From a virus (Duplodnaviria > Caudoviricetes): a stretch of 38,297 nucleotides of DNA. Of the stretch, positions 7,554 through 15,641 are shown piece by piece. Each line of letters starts with the position of its first letter. Position 1 is the first letter of the stretch. Made by a program: the position numbers and the translations under genes. The DNA is taken from positions 1 to 38,297 of the IMG/VR virus record IMGVR_UViG_3300032257_000359. One strand, given 5' to 3'. The notes beneath the pieces are model-generated. The model ran no database searches. It was not told the origin of the DNA and worked only from the letters and a program-made list of their open reading frames with translations.

Positions 7554-7763
7554 TCATGCCGCGTTCGCCTTTTCGACGGCAGAGGCCTCCATAGCCTCGA
7601 CAGCGTCAATCACTTTGCCCCACGTTCCCCAGTTGGGCGCAGTGTCGCCGCGAACCCAGCGATCCCACGTCGAGCGGGCAATCCCGGACGCCCGGCAAAG
7701 ATCGGCGACGCACAGATCGAGGGCTGTGAGGCGCGAGACTACGGCTTCAAATTCCTTTGGCAT
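7554..7763 (-). CDS. Cro-like HTH regulator
   Basis: VADLCRASGIARSTWDRWVRG.TAP HTH; divergent from repressor. Confidence 0.8.
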   Translation of the reverse strand: MPKEFEAVVSRLTALDLCVADLCRASGIARSTWDRWVRGDTAPNWGTWGKVIDAVEAMEASAVEKANAA

Positions 7764-7780
7764 GAGCATTCCCGGTTTTC

Positions 7781-7844
7781 AGGCAAAATTGCTCAATTCG
7801 TCTCGCATTGCAAGAGCATTCATGCTCATAGCGCACAATTGCTT
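7781..7844. promoter_or_regulatory. Right operator region: three 14-bp operators with divergent promoters
   Basis: Palindrome GAGCATTCATGCTC at 7814-7827; degenerate copies AGGCAAAATTGCTC 7781-7794 and GCGCACAATTGCTT 7831-7844. Confidence 0.75.
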
Positions 7845-7863
7845 AGTTTGCCATTGTGTGCCC

Positions 7864-8313
7864 ATGCGTGACTGGGCAATCAATTACATCCTGAAGGTGC
7901 TGGAAGAGCGCGACTGGTCAGCCAACCGGCTGGCCAAGGAAGCGGGCCTTTCTGCTTCTACGATAAATCGACCTCTGCGAGAAAAAGATTGGCCAAATCG
8001 ACTGGCGCGCGAAACAATTCGGAAGGTTCAGGAGGCCTCTGGTGTTGATCCTTCCCCTTTCATTCCTGATGAGTTTCACGAGGAAAGAGCACTCTTTTCT
8101 CGCCCGCCGCGCCGACAGACCGAGGCTGGCCGAATCCTCGAAAACCTCGACCAGGGGAATCCGGTCGAGACTGGGCCCAACGCCCAAACTCGGAATGAAA
8201 TCAAGATCGCAGTCGTTGGCGATCTCGCCCAAATAGTCGCAACGGTAGACAAGCTCGGGCTGACGCGCCTGCGCGCAAAACTCGATGCGATTGAGTCGAT
8301 GCTGGATGATTGA
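7864..8313 (+). CDS. CI-like repressor (XRE HTH) without recognisable S24 peptidase domain
   Basis: WSANRLAKEAGLSASTINR HTH; flanked by operators on both sides; only 149 aa; no SD, so possibly leaderless. Confidence 0.75.
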   Translation: MRDWAINYILKVLEERDWSANRLAKEAGLSASTINRPLREKDWPNRLARETIRKVQEASGVDPSPFIPDEFHEERALFSRPPRRQTEAGRILENLDQGNPVETGPNAQTRNEIKIAVVGDLAQIVATVDKLGLTRLRAKLDAIESMLDD

Positions 8314-8357
8314 GCATTAATGCTTGACTGACGCACCGATTTGGAGCATTCATGCTC
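8312..8357 (+). promoter_or_regulatory. Left operator/promoter (pL-like)
   Basis: GAGCATTAATGCTT 8312-8325 and GAGCATTCATGCTC 8344-8357 (identical to 7814-7827); TTGACT -35 at 8324-8329. Confidence 0.75.
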
Positions 8358-8380
8358 TCCATATTTATGGAGGACATTGC

Positions 8381-8566
8381 ATGCTTCTGGCCGCTGAACG
8401 ACCACACCCCGCCCAGACCGCCCGCGCCATCGTCGCCAACCCGACGATTCACCATAGCCCCACGCTGCGGCTGATTGCCTGGGCGACAGTCAAGGCCGAG
8501 CGCGGCCAGACGATCCGCCAGATCAACCTGCAAGCCCCGCGCCCCGCCAACCCGCAGGTGGCGTGA
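8381..8566 (+). CDS. Hypothetical early protein
   Basis: GGAGG SD before ATG 8381; TGATG coupling to next gene. Confidence 0.65.
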   Translation: MLLAAERPHPAQTARAIVANPTIHHSPTLRLIAWATVKAERGQTIRQINLQAPRPANPQVA

Positions 8567-8814
8567 TGGATGTTTGTCCACATTTTCAAATCGTGCGCCG
8601 CCGGAACGCCTACTACGTCCTTCAGGATGGCACAGAAATTCACGGCCCCGCATGCCATGTCCGGGCGCTGGAAGCCATGGAACGCCTGAAGCGTGGGGCC
8701 AAGGTCCAGACGCGCAAATGCATGAGCTGCGCATCCAGCTTCACGAGTGAAGGCCCTCACAACCGGCTGTGCAACCGCTGCCGCTCCCGGTCCATCTACG
8801 ATGGATCCGCGTGA
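8566..8814 (+). CDS. Small zinc-finger protein
   Basis: RKCMSC...FTSEGPHNRLCNRCR; TGATG coupling at both ends. Confidence 0.7.
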   Translation: MDVCPHFQIVRRRNAYYVLQDGTEIHGPACHVRALEAMERLKRGAKVQTRKCMSCASSFTSEGPHNRLCNRCRSRSIYDGSA

Positions 8815-9029
8815 TGGCCGAGCTTCCCCCCTTTGCCCGCTTCTGGATGGTCTGTCGCAAGCCCATGGGGCCGGGCACCAGGACCGAACCGCGCCAGCGC
8901 TACAGCACCCGCTCCGACGCGGCGCAAGCTGCCGCTGCGCTCGCCCGCGACAACGACGCCCCGTTCCTCGTTCTCGAAACCATCGAAATCTACCGCCCCA
9001 CCGACGCCACACAGGAGGCCCTGCTATGA
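8814..9029 (+). CDS. Hypothetical protein
   Basis: MAELPPFARFWMVCRKP...; coupled at both ends. Confidence 0.65.
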   Translation: MAELPPFARFWMVCRKPMGPGTRTEPRQRYSTRSDAAQAAAALARDNDAPFLVLETIEIYRPTDATQEALL

Positions 9030-9409
9030 CCCCGTGCCTGCAACCCGACCGCCTGACCCGGTTCCTGCATTCCCTCGATCTCCACGCCATCGAGGGCAAG
9101 AAGGACGCCTTCATGGCCGAGGTCCTCGAATGTGGCGGCACCTACGTCCAGCCCCGGCGCGATGACGAATGGTCCAGCCATCTGTATGAGGTCAGCGTGC
9201 ATGGTGTGATCGCCGTTGGTGCCACCGAAGCCGAGGCGATCCGCAACTGGATCAAGGTGGCGCTGGCCATCCGCACCGAGGACGATCCGCCGATCGCAAC
9301 CGACGCGCTCTCGCCCGCCGGTCAACTGGCCGGGGGCGACCAACGCGCCGCCCCCGGCCCCTCTTGTTGGCTCAATTCACAACGCCACAAAGAGGGCGCT
9401 CATGACTGA
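9026..9409 (+). CDS. Hypothetical protein
   Basis: AGGAGG SD and ATGA overlap at 9026; MTPCLQPDRLTRFL... Confidence 0.65.
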   Translation: MTPCLQPDRLTRFLHSLDLHAIEGKKDAFMAEVLECGGTYVQPRRDDEWSSHLYEVSVHGVIAVGATEAEAIRNWIKVALAIRTEDDPPIATDALSPAGQLAGGDQRAAPGPSCWLNSQRHKEGAHD

Positions 9410-9551
9410 TCTTGGACAATTCGCCACCGCGTTCACCCTCGCACTGATCGTGGGTTTCGGCCTCGGCCTCGGCATGATCACGGCAATGTATCTGGCCGAC
9501 GCCACCCGCGCGGTCACCAAGCGCCTGCGCCACCCGCGAGGCCGCTCATGA
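9402..9551 (+). CDS. Small single-TM membrane protein
   Basis: MTDLGQFATAFTLALIVGFGLGLGMITAMYLA...; AGAGGG SD; coupled to neighbours. Confidence 0.6.
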   Translation: MTDLGQFATAFTLALIVGFGLGLGMITAMYLADATRAVTKRLRHPRGRS

Positions 9552-9823
9552 CCGCCACGTCACCACAACGCTTCGACGATCTGCCGCCAGCGACGCGCGC
9601 CGGGATCCTGTGCAATTCGCCCGAATTTCGGCGCTTCGCGGCGATGCAATGTGGCCTTAGTCACCAGCAATTCACGCCTGCCGCCGCCGCCGAGTTCCTG
9701 CGCCAGAAATGCGAAATCACGTCGCGGCGGGTGCTGAATTACAGCCCGCGCGCCGAGGCTCGTTTTGACGCTTTGCGCACCGACTTCGACGCGTGGCGCG
9801 GTCGCACCCCAAGCCCCCGCTGA
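9548..9823 (+). CDS. Hypothetical phage protein
   Basis: AGILCNSPEFRRF...AAAEFLR.KCEITSRR.L......A.F..LRTDF.AW; ATGA overlap. Confidence 0.7.
   Translation: MTATSPQRFDDLPPATRAGILCNSPEFRRFAAMQCGLSHQQFTPAAAAEFLRQKCEITSRRVLNYSPRAEARFDALRTDFDAWRGRTPSPR
9778..9801. repeat. 24-bp direct repeat, copy A
   Basis: CACCGACTTCGACGCGTGGCGCGG identical to 10267-10290. Confidence 0.9.
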
Positions 9824-9833
9824 AAGGAACCCA

Positions 9834-10259
9834 ATGTCCCGAATTTATCTTGCATCGAGCTGGCGCAATGAACGCCAACCGGAGATGGTCCGACTACTCC
9901 GACAGTTTGGCCACGACGTTTACGATTTCAGGAACCCGCCGAATGGCATCCCCGGTTTTGCATGGTCCGAACTTGACCCGGACTGGCAAAATTGGACCGC
10001 CGAACAATACCGCGAGCACTTGATCACCCACCCGATTGCGGCGCGCGGATACGTCACCGACCTTCGCGGGATGGAGTGGGCTGATACCTGCGTTCTGCTG
10101 CTACCTTGCGGGCGCTCGGCGCACTTGGAGGCCGGATGGTTTTGCGGACGTGGCAAGCGTTGTTTGATCTTAACACGAGACGGCGAAGAGCCAGAGCTTA
10201 TGGCGCTCATGGCCGATGGCATTTTCATAACGGCACAAGAACTTCTCGCCGCCCTGTAG
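9834..10259 (+). CDS. Nucleoside 2-deoxyribosyltransferase-like (Rossmann/TIR-like fold) protein
   Basis: RIYLASSWRN, GHDVYDF, D...MEWADTCVLLLPCGRSAHLEAGW..GRGK; AAGGA SD. Confidence 0.75.
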   Translation: MSRIYLASSWRNERQPEMVRLLRQFGHDVYDFRNPPNGIPGFAWSELDPDWQNWTAEQYREHLITHPIAARGYVTDLRGMEWADTCVLLLPCGRSAHLEAGWFCGRGKRCLILTRDGEEPELMALMADGIFITAQELLAAL

Positions 10260-10266
10260 CTCTCAA

Positions 10267-10312
10267 CACCGACTTCGACGCGTGGCGCGGCAAGATCGCG
10301 GCCCCACGATGA
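10267..10312 (+). pseudogene. Orphaned duplicate 3' end of the 9548-9823 gene (contains 24-bp repeat copy B, 10267-10290)
   Basis: Reads TDFDAWRGKIAAPR* versus TDFDAWRGRTPSPR* in the intact gene. Confidence 0.7.
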
Positions 10313-10340
10313 CCCGTAACACAGAAGGAAATTCAGCGTG

Positions 10341-10763
10341 ATGACGAAGACAAAGCCCCCGGCACAGATCAACCCGCCCGAACCCCACGACCCATACCGC
10401 CTGCGAACATTGGAACAGATTTTCCAGCTATTCGATGGTGGCGACTTTCTGGCCGAAGTTCTCGACGGTCACAAGCAGTTGCAATGCGATCTTCTGGACC
10501 ACCGCGAACAGCACGGCACGAAAGGTTGCGAGGGGTCGATGACCTTGAAAATCAACTATGCGCTGGGGAAATCCGGCGACGTGGCAATGGGTGCGACCGC
10601 CGACTTCAAGTCGCCCAAAAAGCCGCCGTCCAGTGCCGCCGCCTTCATCAACGAAGACGGTGAATTGACGCTTTACAGCCCGTTCATGCGCCGCATGCAC
10701 CAACCGGTGCGCGACGTGAACAGCTACGACCCGGACACGGGCGAAATCCGCGACACCGACTGA
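10341..10763 (+). CDS. Hypothetical phage protein (usual partner upstream of DUF2303)
   Basis: GG.F..E.......GSMTLKI......K.PK......FINEDGELT...P pattern; directly precedes DUF2303 gene. Confidence 0.7.
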   Translation: MTKTKPPAQINPPEPHDPYRLRTLEQIFQLFDGGDFLAEVLDGHKQLQCDLLDHREQHGTKGCEGSMTLKINYALGKSGDVAMGATADFKSPKKPPSSAAAFINEDGELTLYSPFMRRMHQPVRDVNSYDPDTGEIRDTD

Positions 10764-10790
10764 TCCATCCCGCAAACAGGACACCAACCC

Positions 10791-11774
10791 ATGACCACCC
10801 CGACCTACCTTGAAAACCCCGCCGAAACCATGCGCGACGTCATGTCCGAGATTGGCCATCATGAGCCGATCGAGACGCCGGGTTACCATGATCTGACGAC
10901 CGCGCATCTGGTCACGCTGCCCGAGAAACGCCGCGTCGAAGACCTGACCGCCAGGCATCGCGACGCGGCGCAATTCTTCAAGCCCGCGAGGCGCAAGGGC
11001 ACCGCTCATTTCGCCGACCTGCAAAGCCTGATCCTCTGGGCCAATCGGTTCAAGGGCGAAACCTCGGCCCTGTTCGCCAGCCCCAACATGACCGCCCCGA
11101 CACTGACCTGCGTCGCCGATTATCACGCATCTGGACCGGTGGAGGTGTCAGACGCATTTGGCGACCCGACGGCGCGACATTGCCACCACCGCGCGATCTA
11201 CGACTTTCCCTTGTCCGACGAATGGAAGGCGTGGAAAGCCGTCGATGGTCTGGCGCTGGAAAAGGACGACCTCGGCGAGTTCATCGAGGCGCAGGCCAAG
11301 GACATTCAAGACCCGACGCCCGCGATCATCAAGGGCACGGAAAGCGACAAGATCCAGCCTTGGGAAAATCGCCTGATCCAGACCGCGCAGCAGATCGAAG
11401 GGCGGTTCGGACAACTGCGGCAGCTGCTGGCCATGTCCAAGCAATTTCAGGTCTACGAACAATCCGACCTGACCGTGAAAACCAACCGCGACACGGGCGA
11501 GGCAGAAATCCAGTTCCTGAATCAACACAAGGGCGCGGACGGCAAGCCGCTGAATATCCCTAACCTGATCATCATCGCGATTCCGGTGTTTCAAGGCGGC
11601 GCGCCGTATCAAATGCCAGTGCGATTTCGGTATCGCAAAACCGGCGGCACGGTGAAATTCATCCTGTCGATTTACAACCCGGAAAAGGCGTTCAAGTCGG
11701 CTTTTGGCGAGGCAACCGACCAAGCCGAAGCCGAGACCCTACTGCCGCTTTTCATGGGCAAGCCTGAAGCCTGA
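10791..11774 (+). CDS. DUF2303 (YfdQ-like) family protein
   Basis: P.RRKGT....DL.S.I...NR, DYH, HRA.Y.FPLS.EWKAW, EFIE...DI, IAIPVF.GG.......RFRYR. Confidence 0.8.
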   Translation: MTTPTYLENPAETMRDVMSEIGHHEPIETPGYHDLTTAHLVTLPEKRRVEDLTARHRDAAQFFKPARRKGTAHFADLQSLILWANRFKGETSALFASPNMTAPTLTCVADYHASGPVEVSDAFGDPTARHCHHRAIYDFPLSDEWKAWKAVDGLALEKDDLGEFIEAQAKDIQDPTPAIIKGTESDKIQPWENRLIQTAQQIEGRFGQLRQLLAMSKQFQVYEQSDLTVKTNRDTGEAEIQFLNQHKGADGKPLNIPNLIIIAIPVFQGGAPYQMPVRFRYRKTGGTVKFILSIYNPEKAFKSAFGEATDQAEAETLLPLFMGKPEA

Positions 11775-11839
11775 CGTCCCTTTCTGCCCCTGCCGTCGCG
11801 GGGGCAGCGACGGACGCCAGAACAACAAAGAGGTCAGCC

Positions 11840-12187
11840 ATGAGCACGACGCAAGACACCATCCGCATGTTGCGCCGTGGAACCGGGCGGCGCTTGTGCC
11901 CGCTGCGGTGTGAATCACCAAACCCCGACTGCCGGTGCCTCACCGTCCGGCTTGCTGCCAACGAGACCGAGAACCCAATGACACGAACCACCCCCACCCC
12001 CCCCGAACCATTTCGCGCCCTCGATGGTGATCTGAGCGGCATCGCCACCCCAAACCACCGTCCCGCACCACCGATGCTCGAACAGCAATCGACACTAAAC
12101 AGGATCATCATCAGCCTCGTCTTCGTCACCGCTGCTGCTGGCCTCTCCTTGGCAATTATCCGCGCGATATGGGGAATGATGTCATGA
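11840..12187 (+). CDS. Hypothetical protein with C-terminal TM helix (alternative start 11978)
   Basis: GAGGT SD before 11840; C-terminal IIISLVFVTAAAGLSLAIIRAIW; ATGA coupling to next gene. Confidence 0.55.
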   Translation: MSTTQDTIRMLRRGTGRRLCPLRCESPNPDCRCLTVRLAANETENPMTRTTPTPPEPFRALDGDLSGIATPNHRPAPPMLEQQSTLNRIIISLVFVTAAAGLSLAIIRAIWGMMS

Positions 12188-12432
12188 AAAACAAACTCAG
12201 CAACATGACCGATCACCTGTTCGCCCAGCTCGAGCGCTTGTCTGATGACGGGATGAACCCCGAGCAGATCGAGACCGAGGCCAAGCGCGCCACGGCCATC
12301 GTCGCTGTCGCCGACCGCATCACCGACAACGCCCGCACGCAGTTGGCAGCCGCAAAGCTGTTCGCCGAGCACGGCGCGGCGGTGATGCCGCTGCTGCCGC
12401 AGATCGGTCAGGCGAAGGACGCGCCGAAATGA
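12184..12432 (+). CDS. Conserved phage protein preceding HNH gene
   Basis: MKNKLSNMTDHLFAQLERLSD......E.E.KRA.AI..VA..I; ATGA overlaps. Confidence 0.75.
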   Translation: MKNKLSNMTDHLFAQLERLSDDGMNPEQIETEAKRATAIVAVADRITDNARTQLAAAKLFAEHGAAVMPLLPQIGQAKDAPK

Positions 12433-13052
12433 GGGGCAGCATCATCCCCTACACTGAGGCCGAACTCGCGTGGATCAAAGGCCACCGCGACCTGCCCAGA
12501 CGGCAGACCCATGCCGAATTTGTCGTGCGCTTTAACCGATCTGACGTGTCGCTGATCAATTTCAACAGCCTGTGCAAACGCAATGGCTGGCTGACCGGAC
12601 GCACCGGGCGCTATCAGCCCGGTATCCCGCCGCACAACAAAGGCCTACGCATGGCCTACAACGCCAACAGCGCGGCGACCCGGTTCAAGCCGGGACAGAC
12701 ACCGGCCAACTATCGCGGCCCTGGTCACGAGTCGATCGACAAGGACGGCTATGTCTGGATCGTCACCGACGCCACGAACCCGCACACCGGCGCAGCCACC
12801 AACCGCGTGATGAAACACCGATGGCTCTGGGAACAGGCGCACGGTCCAATCCCCAAAGGGCATGTGCTGAAATGCCTCGACGGCGACAAATCCAACTGCG
12901 CGCCCGCAAACTGGGCACTGATCGACCGCGCCCTGCTGCCCCGCCTGAACGGCCGCTTTGGCCGCAACTACGACACCGCCCCCGCCGACCTCAAACCCGT
13001 GATCATGGCCACCGCCAAACTGGAACACAAAGCCCGAGAGGTGACAAAATGA
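12429..13052 (+). CDS. HNH endonuclease (HNH_3 type)
   Basis: TRFKPG..PAN, DKDGYV.I, KHRWLWEQAHGPIPKGH.L..LDGDKSNC...N..L. Confidence 0.85.
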   Translation: MRGSIIPYTEAELAWIKGHRDLPRRQTHAEFVVRFNRSDVSLINFNSLCKRNGWLTGRTGRYQPGIPPHNKGLRMAYNANSAATRFKPGQTPANYRGPGHESIDKDGYVWIVTDATNPHTGAATNRVMKHRWLWEQAHGPIPKGHVLKCLDGDKSNCAPANWALIDRALLPRLNGRFGRNYDTAPADLKPVIMATAKLEHKAREVTK

Positions 13053-13396
13053 CCGATGAGCTTTACCGAGCGATGCTTGATGACGGTATCATCGTTGAAA
13101 ATGGAATGGCACAGTTTGACGACCAGGCGGCGATGCGCAATCTCATGGCCGACATCACGCGCGAACTGTTCCGCGCACGCGAAAAATTCCCAGGCAAAAA
13201 CGTGACGTTCGCGGCACTTGTTGAGGAGGTCGGGGAACTGGCTACCGCGACGTTTGAGGAGTCGCGCGATCGCGTCCGCGAGGAAGCCGTGCAAGTTGCT
13301 GTAATGGCAATGCGCATGGTTCTTGATGGTGACCATACGTTCGATGCATGGCGCGCCTGCAAGGGCCTGAACCGCCTCGGCTCGGCGCACAAATGA
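13049..13396 (+). CDS. MazG-like nucleotide pyrophosphohydrolase
   Basis: RAREKFP......ALVEEVGELA.......REEAVQVA.MA; ATGA coupling. Confidence 0.7.
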   Translation: MTDELYRAMLDDGIIVENGMAQFDDQAAMRNLMADITRELFRAREKFPGKNVTFAALVEEVGELATATFEESRDRVREEAVQVAVMAMRMVLDGDHTFDAWRACKGLNRLGSAHK

Positions 13397-13476
13397 CAGC
13401 CCGCGTCACCATCACTGCCGCCGCCCTCGTGCGCGCCAATGCCGCGCATCTGGCAATCAAAGGTAATCAGCAATGA
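13393..13476 (+). pseudogene. Chimeric 27-aa mini-ORF containing a 33-bp duplicate of the xis-like gene start
   Basis: MTARVTITAAALVRANAAHLAIKGNQQ; 13393-13425 is 31/33 identical to 15638-15670; ATGA overlaps at both ends. Confidence 0.65.
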
Positions 13477-14369
13477 GTTTCTATGAACCCGACATTTGCC
13501 TCTATCACGCCAACTGCGACGATGGATTCACAGCGGCATGGGCGATTTGGCAGCGCTGGCCTGACTGCGAATTTCGGCCAGCGCAATACGGCAACCAGCC
13601 GCCGCCTGACATTGCCGGAAAGCACATTCTGATCGTGGATTTTTCGTGGCCCCGCGCTGATCTTGAAGTCTTGGCCGAGACCGCTGCGAGCATCCTTGTT
13701 CTGGATCACCACAAGACGGCGCAGGCCGAACTCAGCCATATGCACCAAATTGTCCGCCCCACCTATGAGAACGTCGGTCGTTGCTTTTCCAGAATGTCTG
13801 GATCGCCGAATGCGCGGGTTCTCGTGGAATTTGACATGGATCGATCAGGCGCACGAATGGCTTGGAACTTCGCGCATCCCGGCGATGAATCGCCGCTATT
13901 GGTGGATTTGGTCGAGGACCGCGACCTGTGGCGGTTCCAGCACGTCATGACAAAGCCGGTGCGAATGCTCTTGCAGTCGGTTCCTCGCACTTTCTCCGAC
14001 TGGTCTGACATTAGCGGGTATCTCGACGCGGACCCAGACGGCGCGGCGCTTACGGGTTCCGCTATTCAGGGATACTACGATGCGCGCGTGGCAGAAATGG
14101 CAGAGGCTGCGACGGTCCAGCACTTCGCGGGTTTTGACGGCGTTCCGATCGCGCATGTGCCTTACGCATTTGTTTCAGACGTTTGCCACCAGCTTCTTGC
14201 CCAGCATCCTGACGCCCCATTCGCGGCGGCTTGCGTCGTCGCTCATGGCGGCACGACCTACAGCCTGCGCAGCAGCGATGAGCGCGAAGACGTGTCCAAG
14301 ATCGCCAAGGCGCGCGGTGGTGGCGGGCACCGCAATGCTGCTGGTTTCAGGGAGGCCCCCAATGGCTGA
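13473..14369 (+). CDS. DHH/DHHA1 family phosphoesterase
   Basis: YHANCDDG, IVDFS, LDHHKT, SGA, EDRDLW, SLRS...DVS.IA...GGGGHRNAAGF. Confidence 0.9.
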   Translation: MSFYEPDICLYHANCDDGFTAAWAIWQRWPDCEFRPAQYGNQPPPDIAGKHILIVDFSWPRADLEVLAETAASILVLDHHKTAQAELSHMHQIVRPTYENVGRCFSRMSGSPNARVLVEFDMDRSGARMAWNFAHPGDESPLLVDLVEDRDLWRFQHVMTKPVRMLLQSVPRTFSDWSDISGYLDADPDGAALTGSAIQGYYDARVAEMAEAATVQHFAGFDGVPIAHVPYAFVSDVCHQLLAQHPDAPFAAACVVAHGGTTYSLRSSDEREDVSKIAKARGGGGHRNAAGFREAPNG

Positions 14370-15426
14370 CACCACAAAAATAGAATGGACCGACGCGACG
14401 TGGAACCCAATCACCGGCTGCACGCTGGTTTCTGACGGGTGCCGCCACTGCTATGCCGCCACGCTGGCCGCAACACGCCTCAAGAACCACTCCAGCCGCG
14501 CCGGGCTGGCCCGCATCAACGCGGCGGGCGAGGCGAAATTTACGGGCGAGGTCCGGCTCAACGCGCAATGGCTCGACCAGCCTCTGCGCTGGCGCAAACC
14601 GCGCAGGATCTTCGTCTGCGCCCACGGCGATCTGTTCCACGAGAACGTGCCCGACGAGTGGATCGACCGCGTGTTCGCCGTCATGGCGCTAGCACCGCAG
14701 CACACGTTTCAGGTGCTGACCAAGCGGCCAGAACGCATGGCGGAATACGCGAACAGCCATCGCTATCTTTGGATCGGTGACCAAATGATGATCCACGCAC
14801 CCCAAGGACTAGATCTGCGCCCGCTAATCGACGCATTCGGCAATGAAGAAGAGCCGAACATCATGCCCGCAAAATGGCCCCTGCCGAACGTCTGGCTCGG
14901 CACATCTGTCGAGGATCAAGCCACCGCCGACGCGCGCATCCCGCAGCTGCTGGACACCCCTGCCGCCGTGCGGTTCATCTCGGCCGAGCCGCTGCTGGGG
15001 CCGGTGGATTTGACTCGGATCATCAGCCCGACGCATCGAATAAATTCGCTGTCCAGGACTGATGATGGGGGCAGCCCTCTGCCACGCCTCGACTGGATAA
15101 TCGTCGGCGGCGAAAGCGGCAGCCGCGCCAGACCGATGCACCCGGATTGGGCGCGGTCCCTGCGCGATCAATGCACCGCCGCTGGCGTGGCGTTTTTCTT
15201 CAAGCAATGGGGGGAGTTTGAGGCCTCACTAGATCGCGACCGAGACGATCCGGATTGGAGCGCAGACTATTCGCGTAAATACAGTAATCGAGGCAAGTCG
15301 AAGTGGCTGAATCTTGCCGGTGGACGTGGTTTCAACGGCGAAAGGTTTCACGTCATGCGTCGCGTCGGCAAATCCCGCGCTGGTCGCCTGCTGGACGGTC
15401 GCGAATGGAACGAGGTGCCGGGATGA
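14362..15426 (+). CDS. Phage Gp37/Gp68 (DUF5131) radical-SAM-like protein
   Basis: TKIEWTDATWNPITGC..VS.GC.HCYA, DLFHE, QVLTKRP.RM, NVWLGTSVE, RFISAEPLLG, WIIVGGESG..ARPMHP.W, FFFKQWG. Confidence 0.9.
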   Translation: MADTTKIEWTDATWNPITGCTLVSDGCRHCYAATLAATRLKNHSSRAGLARINAAGEAKFTGEVRLNAQWLDQPLRWRKPRRIFVCAHGDLFHENVPDEWIDRVFAVMALAPQHTFQVLTKRPERMAEYANSHRYLWIGDQMMIHAPQGLDLRPLIDAFGNEEEPNIMPAKWPLPNVWLGTSVEDQATADARIPQLLDTPAAVRFISAEPLLGPVDLTRIISPTHRINSLSRTDDGGSPLPRLDWIIVGGESGSRARPMHPDWARSLRDQCTAAGVAFFFKQWGEFEASLDRDRDDPDWSADYSRKYSNRGKSKWLNLAGGRGFNGERFHVMRRVGKSRAGRLLDGREWNEVPG

Positions 15427-15641
15427 ACGATAAACGGTTGAATCTCTTTGGCAGTGCCGCGCTGACCGATGAGGAGGAATCGCTACGCGAGGCATTGATG
15501 ACTTGGTGCCAAGACCGGCTGAACGAGGGAGCTAGGCCAATACCCTTGCAGGCTGCGCTTATGATTGTCTCGGATTGTATGGCCAGCTGCGACGCATACG
15601 GCTTCGTGAGAAGCAATAAAAGTGGCGGCTGGAAGCCATGA
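15423..15641 (+). CDS. Hypothetical protein
   Basis: MNDKRLNLFGS...; ATGA overlaps at both ends. Confidence 0.55.
   Translation: MNDKRLNLFGSAALTDEEESLREALMTWCQDRLNEGARPIPLQAALMIVSDCMASCDAYGFVRSNKSGGWKP

Noticed and set aside
12572-13048. Long N-terminal extension of the MazG-like ORF (similarly 14080-14361 for Gp37/68 and 8747-9025)
   Set aside because: Overlaps real upstream genes in another frame; coupled starts or SD-supported starts give the shorter genes
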